Source of the DNA: Eledone cirrhosa
Lineage: Eukaryota
Reading direction: 5' to 3'
Assembly: GCA_964016885.1 (NCBI GenBank)
Contig: OZ024764.1
Location: 6,882,001-6,946,000, forward strand
DNA: 64,000 bases
A program made the translations under genes and the position numbers. Below the pieces are notes generated by a model. It did no database searches. It was not told the origin of the DNA and saw only the letters and a list, made by a program, of their open reading frames with translations. Shown piece after piece: positions 30,684-44,469 of this stretch (the stretch's first letter is position 1; each line of letters begins with the position of its first letter).

Positions 30684-31462
30684 CTTTAGATGTTCACGCA
30701 TTATAGATCTATCGATAACTCGATATTGAACACAGGCATAGCATAAACATTGTCTGAAATATCAATAAATTACAGTATCATACACACACGCACACACACA
30801 TATATATCTATATACATACGTATATATATATATATATTTATATCTACATACGCACATACACACACATATATACACACACACACACATATATATATATATA
30901 CATACGTATTTATATATATATATTTATATCTACATACGCACATACACACACATATATACACACACACACACACACATATTTATATATATACATACACACA
31001 CACACATATATATATATATAAGTATGTATACGTACATACATATATGTATACAGACGTACAGTAGTATGTATATATATATACATACATGCACACATATATA
31101 TATATGTACGTATGGATTCACCGAACATTTATTATAATGCTCGGTGTGTTTGTAAACAAACATCCCGAATTAAGCCGTAGTGTCTAGCAACCATCGTTGC
31201 TCATTTGTTCAACACTGACAAAGGAACGCTGTACTAGTTTCAAGCTTATTAGCTATCATCAGCAACGTATACCTTCCTGCCAGATGATTGAATGTCTGAA
31301 AGTATATACTTTCCTTATGCATATTAACGGCTGAGCAGCCTAATTTGCATATCGAGTGAGTTAATCGGCTGGGGTACATATGTATGTACATATACATACT
31401 TATATTTAAGTCACAGCCGTACCTAGAGTGAGAAATGAAATTTCGTTTCATTTTTTCCGTTT

Positions 31463-32578
31463 ATCATCATCTCATCATCTTCGTTTAACGTCCATATTCC
31501 CCGCTCGCATGGGTTTGGACGGGAGTTTTCCCACTTGAGGCAAAAGTGGTTGTCTTGCTCGCATAGGACTGTCTGGTGTGTTTTCTACGGCTGGATGCCC
31601 TTCCTAACACCAACCACATTTACAGTATGGAACTGGGAGGTTTTTACCATGTTACCTACACGGCCACATTACAGCGTGGACTGTCTGTGTTTTTGTCGTG
31701 ACACCTACACGACCTCATTTGTTTCAGGCTGGATGTTGTGGTACCAACATAACTTTACATTGAAAGGGGTGGAGTGGATGGGGTGGGGGTAGTGGGACGG
31801 GGGTGTATTTTGTTAGAGGTGCCTACTGACTGTAGTAGGTTTCACTTTGTACTTAGGTAAGGCGGGTCTTCTCTATTACTGTGTAGCGCCAAAGATCTCG
31901 GTCCAGTGACATTGTCTTGGAGAGGTGTAAGTGTGTGAGGTGGAATTTATCAAGTCGTCCCAGGTTATAATGGGATATATATATATATATATTGCAGGGC
32001 GATAAAAATAGACGGTAGCCACAGAGTAGGCAGACCCAGAAAAACCTGGGACGACTTGATAAATTCCGACCTTACACACTTACACCTCTCCAAGACAATG
32101 TCATTGAACCGAGATCTTTGGTGCTACACAGTAATACAGAAGACCTGCCTTGCCTAAGTACAAAGCGAAACCTACAGTCAGTAGGCACCTCTAACAAAAT
32201 ACACCCCCGTCCCACTACTCCCACCCCATGCACCCACCCCCTTAAATGTGAAGTTATGTTGGTACCAGAACATCCAGTCCGAAACATGAGGTCGTGTAGG
32301 TGTCACGACAAAAAAACACAGTCCACGCTGTAATGTGGCCGTGTAGGTGTCACGACAAAAAAACACAGTCCACGCTGTAATGTGGCCGTGTAGGTGTCAC
32401 GACAAAAAAACACAGTCCACGCTGTAATGTGGCCGTGTAGGTGTCACAACAAAAAAACACAGTCCACGCTGTAATGTGGCCGTGTAGGTAACACGGTAAA
32501 AACCTCCCAGTCCACACTGTAAACGTGGTTGCTGTTAGGAAGGGCATCCAGCCGTAGAAAACCCGCCAGACAGTCCTA
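31463..32578. mobile_element. Divergent pair of RTE 3' fragments (31463-31966 minus, 32036-32578 plus)
   Basis: Both match 16466-16990. The plus copy has a tandem-expanded tail module. Confidence 0.8.
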
Positions 32579-33227
32579 TATATATCATCATTATCATTTC
32601 ATTTTACGTCCGCTTTTCCCTGCTTGCAAGGGTGGGACTGGAACTGATTCTGGCTTGATTTCTACAGCTGGATGCCCTTCCTAACACCAACCTCATTTAC
32701 AGTGAGTGCTGGGTGCCTTTTTGCCGTGGTACCTCCACGACCACTTTGCAGGGGAATGATAGGGACCCCAGTCATACATACATACACACACACATATATA
32801 TATATACACACATACACATATATACAGACATCTCTCTCTCTCTCTTTATATATATATATATATATATATATGAGTGTGTGTGTATAAATTGTGTGGGTGT
32901 GTGTATATATATATATGTGTGTATGTATAAATTACGTGTGGGTGTGTGTGTATATATATATATGTGTGTGTGGGTGTGTGTAAACAGGAACAGCCTTTCC
33001 ATTCAACAGTAGATTTAAAACACAATTGTGCAACTTTCATTACATTATACACACACATACTCATACCACGTATACATATATATATATATACATACACAGG
33101 CAGCTCACACTTACACAACCTCGTAATTGCATATACATACATACACGCCCCCCCCCCCCCCCCACTTACATATCCGAACACACACACACACACACACACA
33201 CCTTCACGACCGCGTACATACACATAC

Positions 33228-33289
<62 letters not shown>

Positions 33290-33326
33290 TAACTACACAC
33301 CTACACGACCGCGTACACACACATAC

Positions 33327-33358
<32 letters not shown>

Positions 33359-33499
33359 TAACTACACACCTACACGACCGCATAAAGTACCAGTAATGCA
33401 CTGAGTAATTGCTGGCCTTGTGCCAAGAAGTAGAAACAATTATATACACACACACACACACATAACCACACACTTACACGACCGCGTACGCACACACAC

Positions 33500-34836
33500 A
33501 CACATAATATAAACACAGCCAGCCCAGCACACACACACACATACATACAAACACAGCCAGCCCAGCACGCACACTCACACACATACAAACACAGCCAACA
33601 CAACACACGCACACACATATACAAACAGAGCCAGCCCAGCACACACACACACACACACTCACGCACACATACAAACAGAGCCAGCCCAGCACACACACTC
33701 ACGCACACACATACACACAGAGCCAGCCCAGCACACACACACACTCACGCACACATACACACAGCCAGCCCAGCGCACACACACATATACAAACAGAGCC
33801 AGCCCAGCACACACACACACACACACACATACACACAGAGCCAGCCCAGCACACACTCACGCACACACATACACATAGAGCCAGCCCAGCACACACACTC
33901 ACACACACTCACGCACACACATACACAGAGAGTCAGCCCAGCACACACACTCACACACACAGAGCCAGCCCAGCACACACACTCACACACACTCACGCAC
34001 ACACAAACAAACAGATCAAGCCCAGCACACACACTCACACACACTTACGCACACACATACAAACAGAGCCAGCCCAGCACACACACTCACGCACACATAC
34101 AAACAGATCAAGCCCAGCTCACACACTCACACACATATACAAACAGATCAAGCCCAGCACACACACTCACACAAACAAACAGAGCCAGCCCAGCACACAC
34201 ACACACTCACGCACACAAACAGACCAAGCCCAGCTCACACACTCACGCACATATACAAACAGAGCCAGCCCAGCACACACACTCACACACACTCACGCAC
34301 ACAAACAAACAGAGCCAGCCCAGCACACACACTCACGCACACATACAAACAGAGCCAGCCCAGCACACACACTCACGCACATATACAAACAAACAGAGCC
34401 AGCCCAGCACACACACTCACACACACATACACAGAGAGTCAGCCCAGCACACACTCACGCACATACATATACACAGAGCCAGCCCAGCACACACACTCAC
34501 ACACACTCACGCACACATACAAACAGAGCCAGCCCAGCACACACACTCACACACATATACAAACAGAGCCAGCCCAGCACACACACTCACACACACTCAC
34601 ACACATATACAAACAGAGCCAGCCCAGCACACACACTCACACACACATATACAAACAGAGCCAGCCCAGCACACACACTCACGCACATATACAAACAGAG
34701 CCAGCCCAGCACACATACACTCACGCACACAAACAAACAGAGCCAGCCCAGCACACACACAAACAAACAGAGCCAGCCCAGCACACACACTCACGCACAT
34801 ATATAAACAGAGCCAGCCAAGCACACACACACTCAC
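33500..34836. repeat. Minisatellite, variable unit of about 40 bp ACAGAGCCAGCCCAGCACACACACTCACGCAC
   Basis: Direct inspection. Confidence 0.9.
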
Positions 34837-34956
34837 ATGTCCCTATTCGAAACAGTACACATGTCTATACGGATATACGCAGAATTTGAAACCGGGTCTC
34901 CCTCGTCGCTTGGATGTACGTGTTTGTAGGAGGGTTCTGGAGTTTTTTTTTTCACC

Positions 34957-35024
34957 ATGGCTGTCCGACATAGTATACTTTATGTGAGGGTCGGAGAAGC
35001 GAAGGAACTACCCCCTAAAGACTT
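34957..35024 (+). CDS. First coding exon of a GAP1-family C2-domain RasGAP (RASAL1/RASA4-like)
   Basis: Kozak CACCATGG, MAVRHSILYVRVGEAKELPPKD(L) resembles the RASA4/RASAL1 N-terminus (MAKRSSLYIRIVEGKNLPAKD), strong phase-2 donor GTAAGT. Exon 2 (expected GSSDPYC) was not found in the window. Confidence 0.78.
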
Positions 35025-35185
35025 GTAAGTACCCTCATATAACTAACGGGGACTTCATTTCGTCTTGTTTATGTTTCATTCTATGTATGTTTCATATGTA
35101 TTTGTCTATCTATAGATATATATGTATGTATCTGTGTATCTGTTTATCTATCTCTATCTATCTATCTATCTATCTATTTCAATCG

Positions 35186-35295
35186 ATTAACTTTTTAAAT
35201 TGCATTTGTGATAACATTTTACACGTTTTTATTGTATGTAAACTTCCCCCTTTGTATTTGTCCCCTTCTTTTGTGCCCCTGTGGCTAATAAAGAA

Positions 35296-35355
<60 letters not shown>

Positions 35356-35487
35356 CCCTCTATTGGGGAAAATCGACTAACTTTTAAATTCCATCTGTGA
35401 TAACATTTTACACGTTTTTATTGTATGTAAACTTCCCCCTTTGTATTTGCCCCCTTCTTTTGTGCCCCTGTGGCTAATAAAGAAATA

Positions 35488-35540
<53 letters not shown>

Positions 35541-36060
35541 GAGGTCAGACACCTTTCTCTCCGGCCAACAACTGATTCTTTTTTTTCAAATACCACTTTG
35601 GAAGAAGAGTCAGGATGGAGAGAGAGGTGCTGTACCCCAGCAAGTTTTATGAAAGGTGGGTGAAAGTGGCGAGAATGGCCCGAGTGAATGGGCCTTCTCT
35701 CTATATCAGCCTGTAGGTTGAGGAAAAGAAGGAGGAGAGGAAATGAGTATAAACTCTTCGTACTCCTGGAGATGAGGGTTGCACATTTTTTTTCGGGGGT
35801 ATGTGTTACCCATATAAACTGTCTCCCTCTATTGGGGAAAATTGACTAACTTTTTAAATTCCATTTGTGATAACATTTTACACGTTTTTATTGTATGTAA
35901 ACTTCCCCCTTTGTATTTGTCCCCTTCTTTTGTGCCCCTGTGGCTAATAAAGAAATATATCTATCTGTATAGCTATATAGCTATCTATGTATTTGTCTAT
36001 TTATCTATCTGTCTATCTATATATATAGCTATGTGCCCCTGTGGCTAATAAAGAAACATA
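35186..36060 (+). mobile_element. Four stacked 3' fragments of an L1/Tx1-clade element in (TCTA)n
   Basis: Each ends GTGCCCCTGTGGCTAATAAAGAAA plus TCTA-type repeats. 35539-35716 is homologous to 39570-39750. Confidence 0.82.
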
Positions 36061-36121
36061 TCTATATATATAGCTATGTATCTCTCTCACTCTCTCTCTC
36101 TTTCTTTCTCTCTCTGTCTCT

Positions 36122-36177
<56 letters not shown>

Positions 36178-36231
36178 CTCTCTCTCTCTTTCTTTCATTC
36201 TCTCTCCCCTCTCTCTCTATATATATGTATA

Positions 36232-36298
<67 letters not shown>

Positions 36299-36307
36299 CA
36301 CTCTCTT

Positions 36308-36358
<51 letters not shown>

Positions 36359-36408
36359 CTCTCTCTTTCTCTCTCTCTCTATATATATATGTATCTCTCT
36401 CTCTCTCT

Positions 36409-36459
<51 letters not shown>

Positions 36460-36475
36460 CTCTCTCTCTCTCTCT

Positions 36476-36510
<35 letters not shown>

Positions 36511-36988
36511 TACAATATTAAATAAATGGAAAACTATATTTATAAAACCATATTTATTTCATTATATATATTTCGGGGATATCATATTAACAATATGCTA
36601 TGCCTTCATCAGACAAAATACAATATAAACAGTTTTATAGGTAAATAGATTCGACATACCGTTATAACACCGACTTCATTTGAAGAGGTTTACGCTGGTT
36701 TACGCTGACAGCCAGCGTAAACCTCTTCAAATGAAGTCGGTGTTATAACGGTATGTCGAATCTATTTACCTATAAAACTGTTTATATTGTATTTTGTCTG
36801 ATGAAGGCATAGCATATTGTTAATATGATATCCCCGAAATATATATAATGAAATAAATATGGTTTTATAAATATAGTTTTCCATTTATTTAATATTGTAA
36901 ATATACTCCAAATATTTGTCGAGTGCTTTTATATCAGTTATAAATATTTACTAGTTGTAACACAACAATTTTAAATATAACTTTCCAT
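36511..36988 (+). mobile_element. Fold-back family A element with two hammerheads (36555-36620 minus, 36790-36855 plus)
   Basis: Near-perfect arms of about 190 bp. TATTTTGT-CTGATGA-AGG-C-ATAGCATATT...AATATGATAT-C-CCC-GAAA-TATATA-TA-ATGAAATA. Confidence 0.8.
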
Positions 36989-37042
36989 GTATAATATATA
37001 TATATATATGTATGTATGTATCTATCCATATATCTATCTATA

Positions 37043-37077
<35 letters not shown>

Positions 37078-37107
37078 GTATGTATCTCTCTTTCTTTCTC
37101 TCTCTCA

Positions 37108-37136
<29 letters not shown>

Positions 37137-37138
<2 letters not shown>

Positions 37139-39975
37139 CCCATCGATGGTGGGCATCTCTCAAAAGAGAGATTAGAACAGAATCAATAAGTTATAGCAAG
37201 ATGTTAGCTGCCAATAGGAATAGAAACGAGAAAGAATTAACAGGTAAATTAGAAGAGGCAATCAAGAGCGAAGATGTGGCCAGAGTGCTGGCATCGAGGA
37301 CGGCCTTGAACCAGTTTTTCGATGCAAAGCATGAAGGCTGCGTCATTCGAAGTAAAATACGTGCTCTAGGTAATGAGGGGGCCAAAGCCGTTGGATGGGC
37401 CCGCGTGACAGAAGCTAAAAGTGGAAATCGATCCACCATCCGGTCGTTGCAAGACGAAGATGGACGAGTGATCCGGGAGCCTAAGCAGATGTGCGAGGCC
37501 TTTCAAAAGCACTTTGCCCGATTGTTCGGGGGAGGCGAGGGTCCGGGCCGGGGCGTGGATTTCGGTCCATACCTCGACGGCCTGCCGCGTCTCTCGAACA
37601 AAGAGGCAGAGTCCTGCGAGGGACCAATCTCGGCTGATGAGATCGGAGATGCGCTGAGCCAATGCAGCAGACGCAAATCTCCAGGTCTCGATGGTATACC
37701 TTACGAACTTTATTTAGCAATGCCGGTCTTCTTCTCCGAACTCCTCGAAGCGGTCTACTGCAATTGGCAGCAGAACGGGAGAATTCCTTGTTCTGTAGCC
37801 AAGGGCGTAGTCACGCTGGTGAGGAAGGACGAGAACAAGGGGGATAGTATAAATAATTTTCGGCCCATAACCCTGCTAAACACAGAGTTAAAGATTTTGG
37901 CCAAGGTGTTAGCAAAGAGGTTGGCGCTTGTCGTGGGTGGCCTGGTGGGAGATGCGCAGACATGTGCTATCCCATCCAGGTCCATTCACGATAACCTCCA
38001 CCTCATGCGATACATCATAGAGAGGGTTGGCAACAAACCCGGCTTCGGTGGGGCCCTGATCAACTTGGATCAGTCTAAGGCCTTCGATAGGGTCGACCAT
38101 GGTTACCTGGATGCGGTGCTAGCGGCGGCTGGGTTCGGTCCTGTTTTCAGAGGCTGGATCACTGCCCTACATAGCAACCACATCTGTTCTAGGATCAAGG
38201 TGAACGGCTACCTTTCGAAGCCGTTCGAAATCACACGATCCATTCGACAGGGGTGCCCTCTCTCCTCCCTTCTGTACGTATTGACTCTCGAGCCTTTACT
38301 GAGGAAGTTGGAGTTGTTGCAGGGTATCCCCCTGGAACCAGGATTGAGCAAAGCGGTGTCGGCCTACGCCGATGACGTAACAGTAATGGTATCAACCGAC
38401 TCGGAGATCGAGGCGATCGGTACCTTACTGGAGGAGTACGAAAGGTTGTCAGGAGCGAAACTGAACCGGGAAAAATCCATCGGGCTGCAACTCGGAACGT
38501 GGAGAGGCAAACCGATGCCTCCTGACGGTGTCGTCGGACACTGGACGGAGGGCCCGGTAAAGTTGCTTGGGGTCTGGTTTGGACCGGACCTCCAGGTGGA
38601 AAAGAACTGGAACGAGGTTACGAACAAGGTGTTTGCACTAACCCAGAAATGGGCCAAGTGTAAGCTGTCCCTAAAAGGCCGGGCGGAGGTGGCGAACATT
38701 TACATAGCGTCCGTCACTTACTACCGCCTGACTGTCGTGCCTTGCCCTAAGGAAACACTCACCACCATGGAACGCATGCTCTTCCAATTTCTTTGGAAGA
38801 AGCGTCCTCCTATGGTGAGAAGATCCATCTGCTGCCAACAACCTTCGAAAGGAGGGCTGGGGATGCCGTGGTTGATGATGCGTAGGCACGCATTAAGGCT
38901 ACGGCACCTACAGGTATTCCTCACTGGTCAACCGGTGTGGGCTCCGTTCGTGAAACGAGCCTTTCCGAGACTCGTCTCACTCACCGAGCTACAGTCCTGG
39001 GTCAAGCAAAGATCCGGAAAACTGGGAGACTGGCACACTGAGTGTGCTCAGGCGCTCAGGGCTCTCTGGCAAGCGGGCCGGGCCATCGGTGGAGAATCCA
39101 CCTCATCATTCTATAGAGGGCTGGTGGCTAGCAGGGGCGATGACACCCTTGGAGAGTCGCTGGACATGGAGGAAGACGAACTGGCCAGCCTGTTCGGTAG
39201 GACTTTCGGCCCAGGACCAATGGACAACTTCCAGAAGTCACTGGCCTGGCAGTGCTACCGAGGGGCTCTACCCGTTCGAGAGAGGCTCTACAGACACGGG
39301 CGCCCGGGCAGGGATCCCTCAAAAAAGATTTGCCCTAGATGCGTGCGTCACGAAGAAACCGTGGCGCACGCATTGGTGCAATGTCCGGGCGTGGCTGATC
39401 TGTGGGGCTACGCCGAACAACTGCTGTCGCGGGTGGCGCCGATTAAATTGACCGCCGAGTCCGTGATGACAATCAAACCGCCTCCCCTCTTCACAAAGGA
39501 AGCAAAGGCGGTTTTTCTGTGCGTAATAGCCATGTTGAAAGAGGTTGTTTGGTGGACACGATTGAAAGGTCTGAGGTCAGGCAACTTCCTCTCTGGCCAT
39601 AGTCTGGTCTACTTCTTCCGATATCACTTCGGAAGAAGGATAAGAATGGAGAGAGAGGTGCTTGGCCACAGGCAGTTTTATGAAAGGTGGGTGATAGTGG
39701 CGAGAATGGCTCGTGTAAATGGGCCTTCTCTGTATACCATCCTGTAGGTAAAGAAGTAAAGGAGAGGGGAGCACCTTCTCCATGTGCTCCCCGGGCAAAG
39801 GATTGCACACTTTTTCGGGGGTGTGTGCAACCCCCATCACGTCCCCTCCCTTTTGAGGTTATTTTCGATTATTTTCATGTTACACCCTTTTTACTCGATT
39901 ATATGTAAACTCCCCCTTTGTATTTGTCCCTTCTTTTTATGCCTTTATGGTAAATAAAGAAATCTATCTATCTAT
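37137..39975 (+). mobile_element. 5'-truncated L1/Tx1-clade non-LTR retrotransposon
   Basis: RT ORF, 3' UTR ending AATAAAGAAA(TCTA)n, abrupt 5' junction in (TA)n, no endonuclease domain. Confidence 0.92.
37138..39747 (+). CDS. ORF2 remnant: reverse transcriptase plus C-terminal CCHC zinc knuckle (about 870 aa, uninterrupted, no native start)
   Basis: KSPGLDG, FRPITLLN, DQSKAFDRV, RQGCPLS, YADD, GGLG, CPRC...HALVQC. Confidence 0.92.
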
Positions 39976-40076
39976 ATATATATGTGTATGTGTGTGTGTG
40001 TTTGTGTGTTTGTATAAGCTATACATTATCTGGATACGTATATTTGTGAATCTATACATATATGTGCATGTGTGAA

Positions 40077-40126
<50 letters not shown>

Positions 40127-40132
<6 letters not shown>

Positions 40133-40400
40133 TATATAAAAGCTTCTACAGAACTAGAACTGTTTCTCACGAATGAAACAGTTCTAGTCCTGTAGAAGCT
40201 TTTCTATATTAAATTTTTATACTCTGCTATGTATTGAGTACCTTAATGTGGTTACCCCCGATTGAAGTCGGGATAACTTATATATATATATATCATTTCT
40301 GATATTTTCTTATGAATGAAACAGTTCTAGTCTTGTATAATAAAATAAAGATACTAACGTTTTGAGTACTTTTTCAACTGTGGTCATTTCCCAATATATA
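40127..40400 (+). mobile_element. Family C fold-back (inverted inside helix II) plus a degenerate second copy
   Basis: GAATGAAACAGTTCTAGTCCTGTAGAAGCT and bulged hairpin at 40220-40240. Confidence 0.65.
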
Positions 40401-40459
40401 TTCAGAAATCACCACATACAAATATATATTTATCAAGATTGAACCAGTATCAACTCATT

Positions 40460-41305
40460 AGCATTTACATTACTCTATATATACTATTGTATTTTCACAG
40501 TAAAGGCTTTACCTCACATAATATCTCACATAACATTTACATTACTCTATATATACTATTGTATTTCCACAGTAAAGGCTTTACCTCACATAATATCTCA
40601 CATAACATTTACATTACTCTATATATACTATTGTATTTTCACAGTAAAGGCTTTACCTCACATAATATCTCACATAACATTTACATTACTCTATATATAC
40701 TATTGTATTTCCACAGTAAAGGCTTTACCTCACATAATATCTCACATAACAGTTACATTACTCTATATATACTATTGTATTTTCACAGTAAAGGCTTTAC
40801 CTCACATAATATCTCACATAACATTTACATTACTCTATATATACTATTGTATTTTCACAGTAAAGGCTTTACCTCACATAATATCTCACAACATTTACAT
40901 TACTCTATATATACTATTGTATTTTCACAGTAAAGGCTTTACCTCACATAATATCTCACATAACATTTACATTACTCTATATATACTATTGTATTGTCAC
41001 AGTAAAGGCTTTACCTCACATAATATCTCACATAACATTTACATTACTCTATATATACTATTGTATTTTCACAGTAAAGGCTTTACCTCACATAATATCT
41101 CACATAACATTTACATTACTCTATATATACTATTGTATTGTCACAGTAAAGGCTTTACCTCACATTTACATTACTCTATATATACTATTATATTATCACG
41201 GTAAAGGCTTTATCTCCCATAATACCTCACATAACATTTACATTACTCTATATATACTATTGTATTGTCACAGTAAAGTCTTTACCTCTCATAATATCTC
41301 ACATA
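40460..41305. repeat. 72-bp tandem minisatellite, about 11-12 copies
   Basis: Unit ACATTTACATTACTCTATATATACTATTGTATTTTCACAGTAAAGGCTTTACCTCACATAATATCTCACATA. Confidence 0.95.
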
Positions 41306-41613
41306 ATATTGAAACTATGAGATTTTGATATTATAAATTTTGAGAACAACACCTTAACATCAGTATGAGTCGCCATTTATGGCTGGCTTGAACATAAAGA
41401 GGTGAGATAATTCTGGCTGGATACGGCCAGTTTAAATACTTAAGAGTTATAGTAAGACCGACATATTTTCTTAAACCCCAAATACCACATTCAACAGTTT
41501 TCCAAGAGATGTTCACTTGAACAGACATGTTTTTTCACAAAGAAATTTTTTTCCATTTCCGCCACTACGCAGTCTTCTCTATCTTTCTATTTATTCCTTA
41601 ATTTCTCATTCTA

Positions 41614-41649
41614 TTTTCTGATGAAGGACCAGTGCCCGAAACATTGAGA
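41614..41649 (+). ncRNA. Degenerate minimal hammerhead, family I
   Basis: TTTT-CTGATGA-A-GGAC-CAGT-GCCC-GAAA-CA-TT-GAGA, with flanks homologous to 55130-55290. Confidence 0.6.
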
Positions 41650-41739
41650 CTCTTTTCCTACTATATCAAGCATAGTAAAACTAATAATATATGTCTTCAT
41701 TGTACTATGTCATTTGCTTTGTTATTTCTGTTTGCCTTT

Positions 41740-41770
<31 letters not shown>

Positions 41771-41774
<4 letters not shown>

Positions 41775-43240
41775 TCATCATCATCATCATCGTTTAACGC
41801 CCATCTTCCACTCTAGCATGGGTTGGTCAGTTTTGTTCCACTTGAGGCGCAATTGGTCGAGAGACCGTGTCTCGCTCGTACAAAACTGTCCCTGGCAGGT
41901 TTTCTACGGCTGGATACCCTTCCTAACACCAACCACATTTGATGGGAGCCTTTTTACTGTGTCTCCTACACGACCACTTTACAGTGTCGACTGGGAGCTT
42001 TTTGTCGTGTCACCGACATGACCGTTTTACAATGGAAAGAATAGGACGGTGGAGTAGGGTATGTGTGGTAGGGTATATATTGGGTTAAGAGGCGCCTACT
42101 GACTAAGTTTGTATGCAAGGGAAGGCGGGTCTTCTGTACAACTGCATGGCACCAAAGATCTCGATCCAGTGTCATTGCTTTAGAGAGGTGTAGGTGAGCT
42201 AGGTCAGTTCTTATCACCTCATCCCAGGTTTTTCTTGGTCTACCCACTCCATAGCTTCCATCAATTTTCATTGCTCTACATCTTTTTTCACAGCTGTCGT
42301 CCTTCATATGCATCACATGGCCATACCAACACAATCTCCTCTCCAGAACACATTTTATACTTCTTATGCTTAGTCTCTCTCTCTCTCTCAATTCGTTTAT
42401 GCTTTGCCGTTCGCACACATTACTATTACACATACATTGGAACATGCAAGCTTCATTTCTTTCTAATCTACGCAATTCTTCAGTACACAACACCCAGTTC
42501 TCACTACCATGTAACATTGCCGTTCGTATACAGGCATCATACAATCTGCCTTTCACTTTTAGAGAAAAACCCCTTGTGGCCCACAGTGGTATTAGCTCTC
42601 TGAACTTTTTCTATCCCGTTCTAACTCTGGCTACTGTACTTTTTGTCACCCAGGTAACGGAAGGTGTCTACTATTTCTAGAGAACCATCTGGGCAGTTGA
42701 AGGAGATATCATCCAGTGGGTCCTTGCTACTTATTGCACCTGAGCATTGGCCAAATATAAAATCTACATTTTTGGATAGCTTACCTGTGATCCCACTACA
42801 TCTTTTATGTACCCATAGTTTTCATTTTGGGCAAAGAATGGAATTTCTACCTACTCCCTTCTTACACACTCAGCATGGCCATTTCCCAGAGGGCACCTGT
42901 GCCCTATTCTCCTTTCTACATATTAGAAATTTAGTCTTAGACAAGTTGATTCTAGGCCATGCTTCCATGTTTGGAACTTCTTGTCGAGATAAATTCATCA
43001 CTATATTCATTGCTAATTCTAACCTTGCTGACTCTTCCTCTATACATGGCTTGTACAGCTCTCACAAACCATTCATCTACTCCTAGTTTTCTAAGGGCCC
43101 ACCAGATAATGGAGCGGGAGACTCTGTCAAAGGCTTTCTCCAAGTCAACAAAAACTAAGTAGAGGGGTTTACTTTTAGCTAGGTACTTCTCCTGTAGTTG
43201 CCATACAAGGAAAAGAGCGTCTGTGGTACTTTTACCTGGA
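41771..43240 (-). pseudogene. Decayed, internally deleted RTE LINE with a PHD-like finger
   Basis: FVDLEKAFDRV, INLSKTK, C*VC...CPK*KLWVHKRC...GQC, MLHGSENW...GRPRKTW, (CAT)n tail. Confidence 0.85.
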
Positions 43241-43756
43241 ACAAACAAGAGAGTCATGTTGCCAATAAAAACACACACACCTGTTGGTTTTCACTTCAAT
43301 TTATTATAAATTTCCAGTTGATTGGTTGGTTTGACAACAGGAAGGTTGTTTATATATTGTCAAAGCTCTTTCATCACACATTCTGTGACCTCCTCAGTGA
43401 CTAGGTTTTTATTTTGTGTCTCTCTCCTTTGTTCTGTCCTACACCATCTTAGTTTTGTGCTTAGTTTGCGCACGTGTTACATCCGAGTGCGTGTGTGTGT
43501 TTATTTATTCATTTGTGTTTATTTACTTGTCACTAGTTGGTTGTTTGTTCTATCTGTGTGTGTCTGATTTGTTTTGTTAGTTTGGTTTTTGTGTGTGTCT
43601 GTATGTCTTCATTTTGTCCTTAATTACTAGTTATGATGTTGCTATTCCACTCATGCTTTCTGTTTAATTTGGGCTGGGGTTCGTTTATGTTTGTCACCTC
43701 TGTAATATGTCAGAGCATTGCAGTATAGATGCAGAAGTTACATCTATATATCTATA

Positions 43757-43808
<52 letters not shown>

Positions 43809-44029
43809 GATATTTGGGAATGGTCAGGTTACCAGTATTGCCAGTAAAAAGAAACACATGCACCATATGATTTTCACATTATCTTTATTACTAGTTATTC
43901 ATTAGTTCGTCAAAGTACTTTCATCACACATTCTGTGACCTCCTCACTGACTATCTGTTCTCCTTTGTGCCTTCTCTTTTTCTTTCTGGTCATATTCTGC
44001 TACTCCATCTTGTTTTTTTCAAAACGTAT

Positions 44030-44109
<80 letters not shown>

Positions 44110-44149
44110 TATTTTTCAAATTTGTGAGTAGACTATTTTAAAAGACATA

Positions 44150-44310
44150 TAAGGCAGTGAATTGGCAGAGTCGTTAAGATGTCAGATAGAATACTTTACA
44201 GTATTCGTCCCACCTCATTGCATGCTATGAGTTCAAATCCCGGCGAGGTCAACTTTGCCTTTCATCCTTTCGAGGTCGATAAAGTACCAGTGCTGTACTG
44301 GGGGTCGATT
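44150..44310 (+). mobile_element. SINE S2-related copy
   Basis: GAGTTCAAATCCCGGCGAGGTCAACTTTGCCTTTCATCC. Confidence 0.72.
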
Positions 44311-44469
44311 CTTCCTCTTATAGAAAAACTCGGCTGTGTTCAGACCTGGAGAGGTTTGGGCTCTGTCAGGGTTAAAAGTGTCCTAGACACATCATGTGAC
44401 GGTGCCTCTACAACTCCACAAGGAGTTAAGGGATCTTTATCCCTTTTTATCCTAAAAGACATTAAAACA

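Noticed and set aside
37012-37137. N-terminal 42 codons of the 911-aa ORF
   Set aside because: Read-through from flanking microsatellite. The element starts at about 37137
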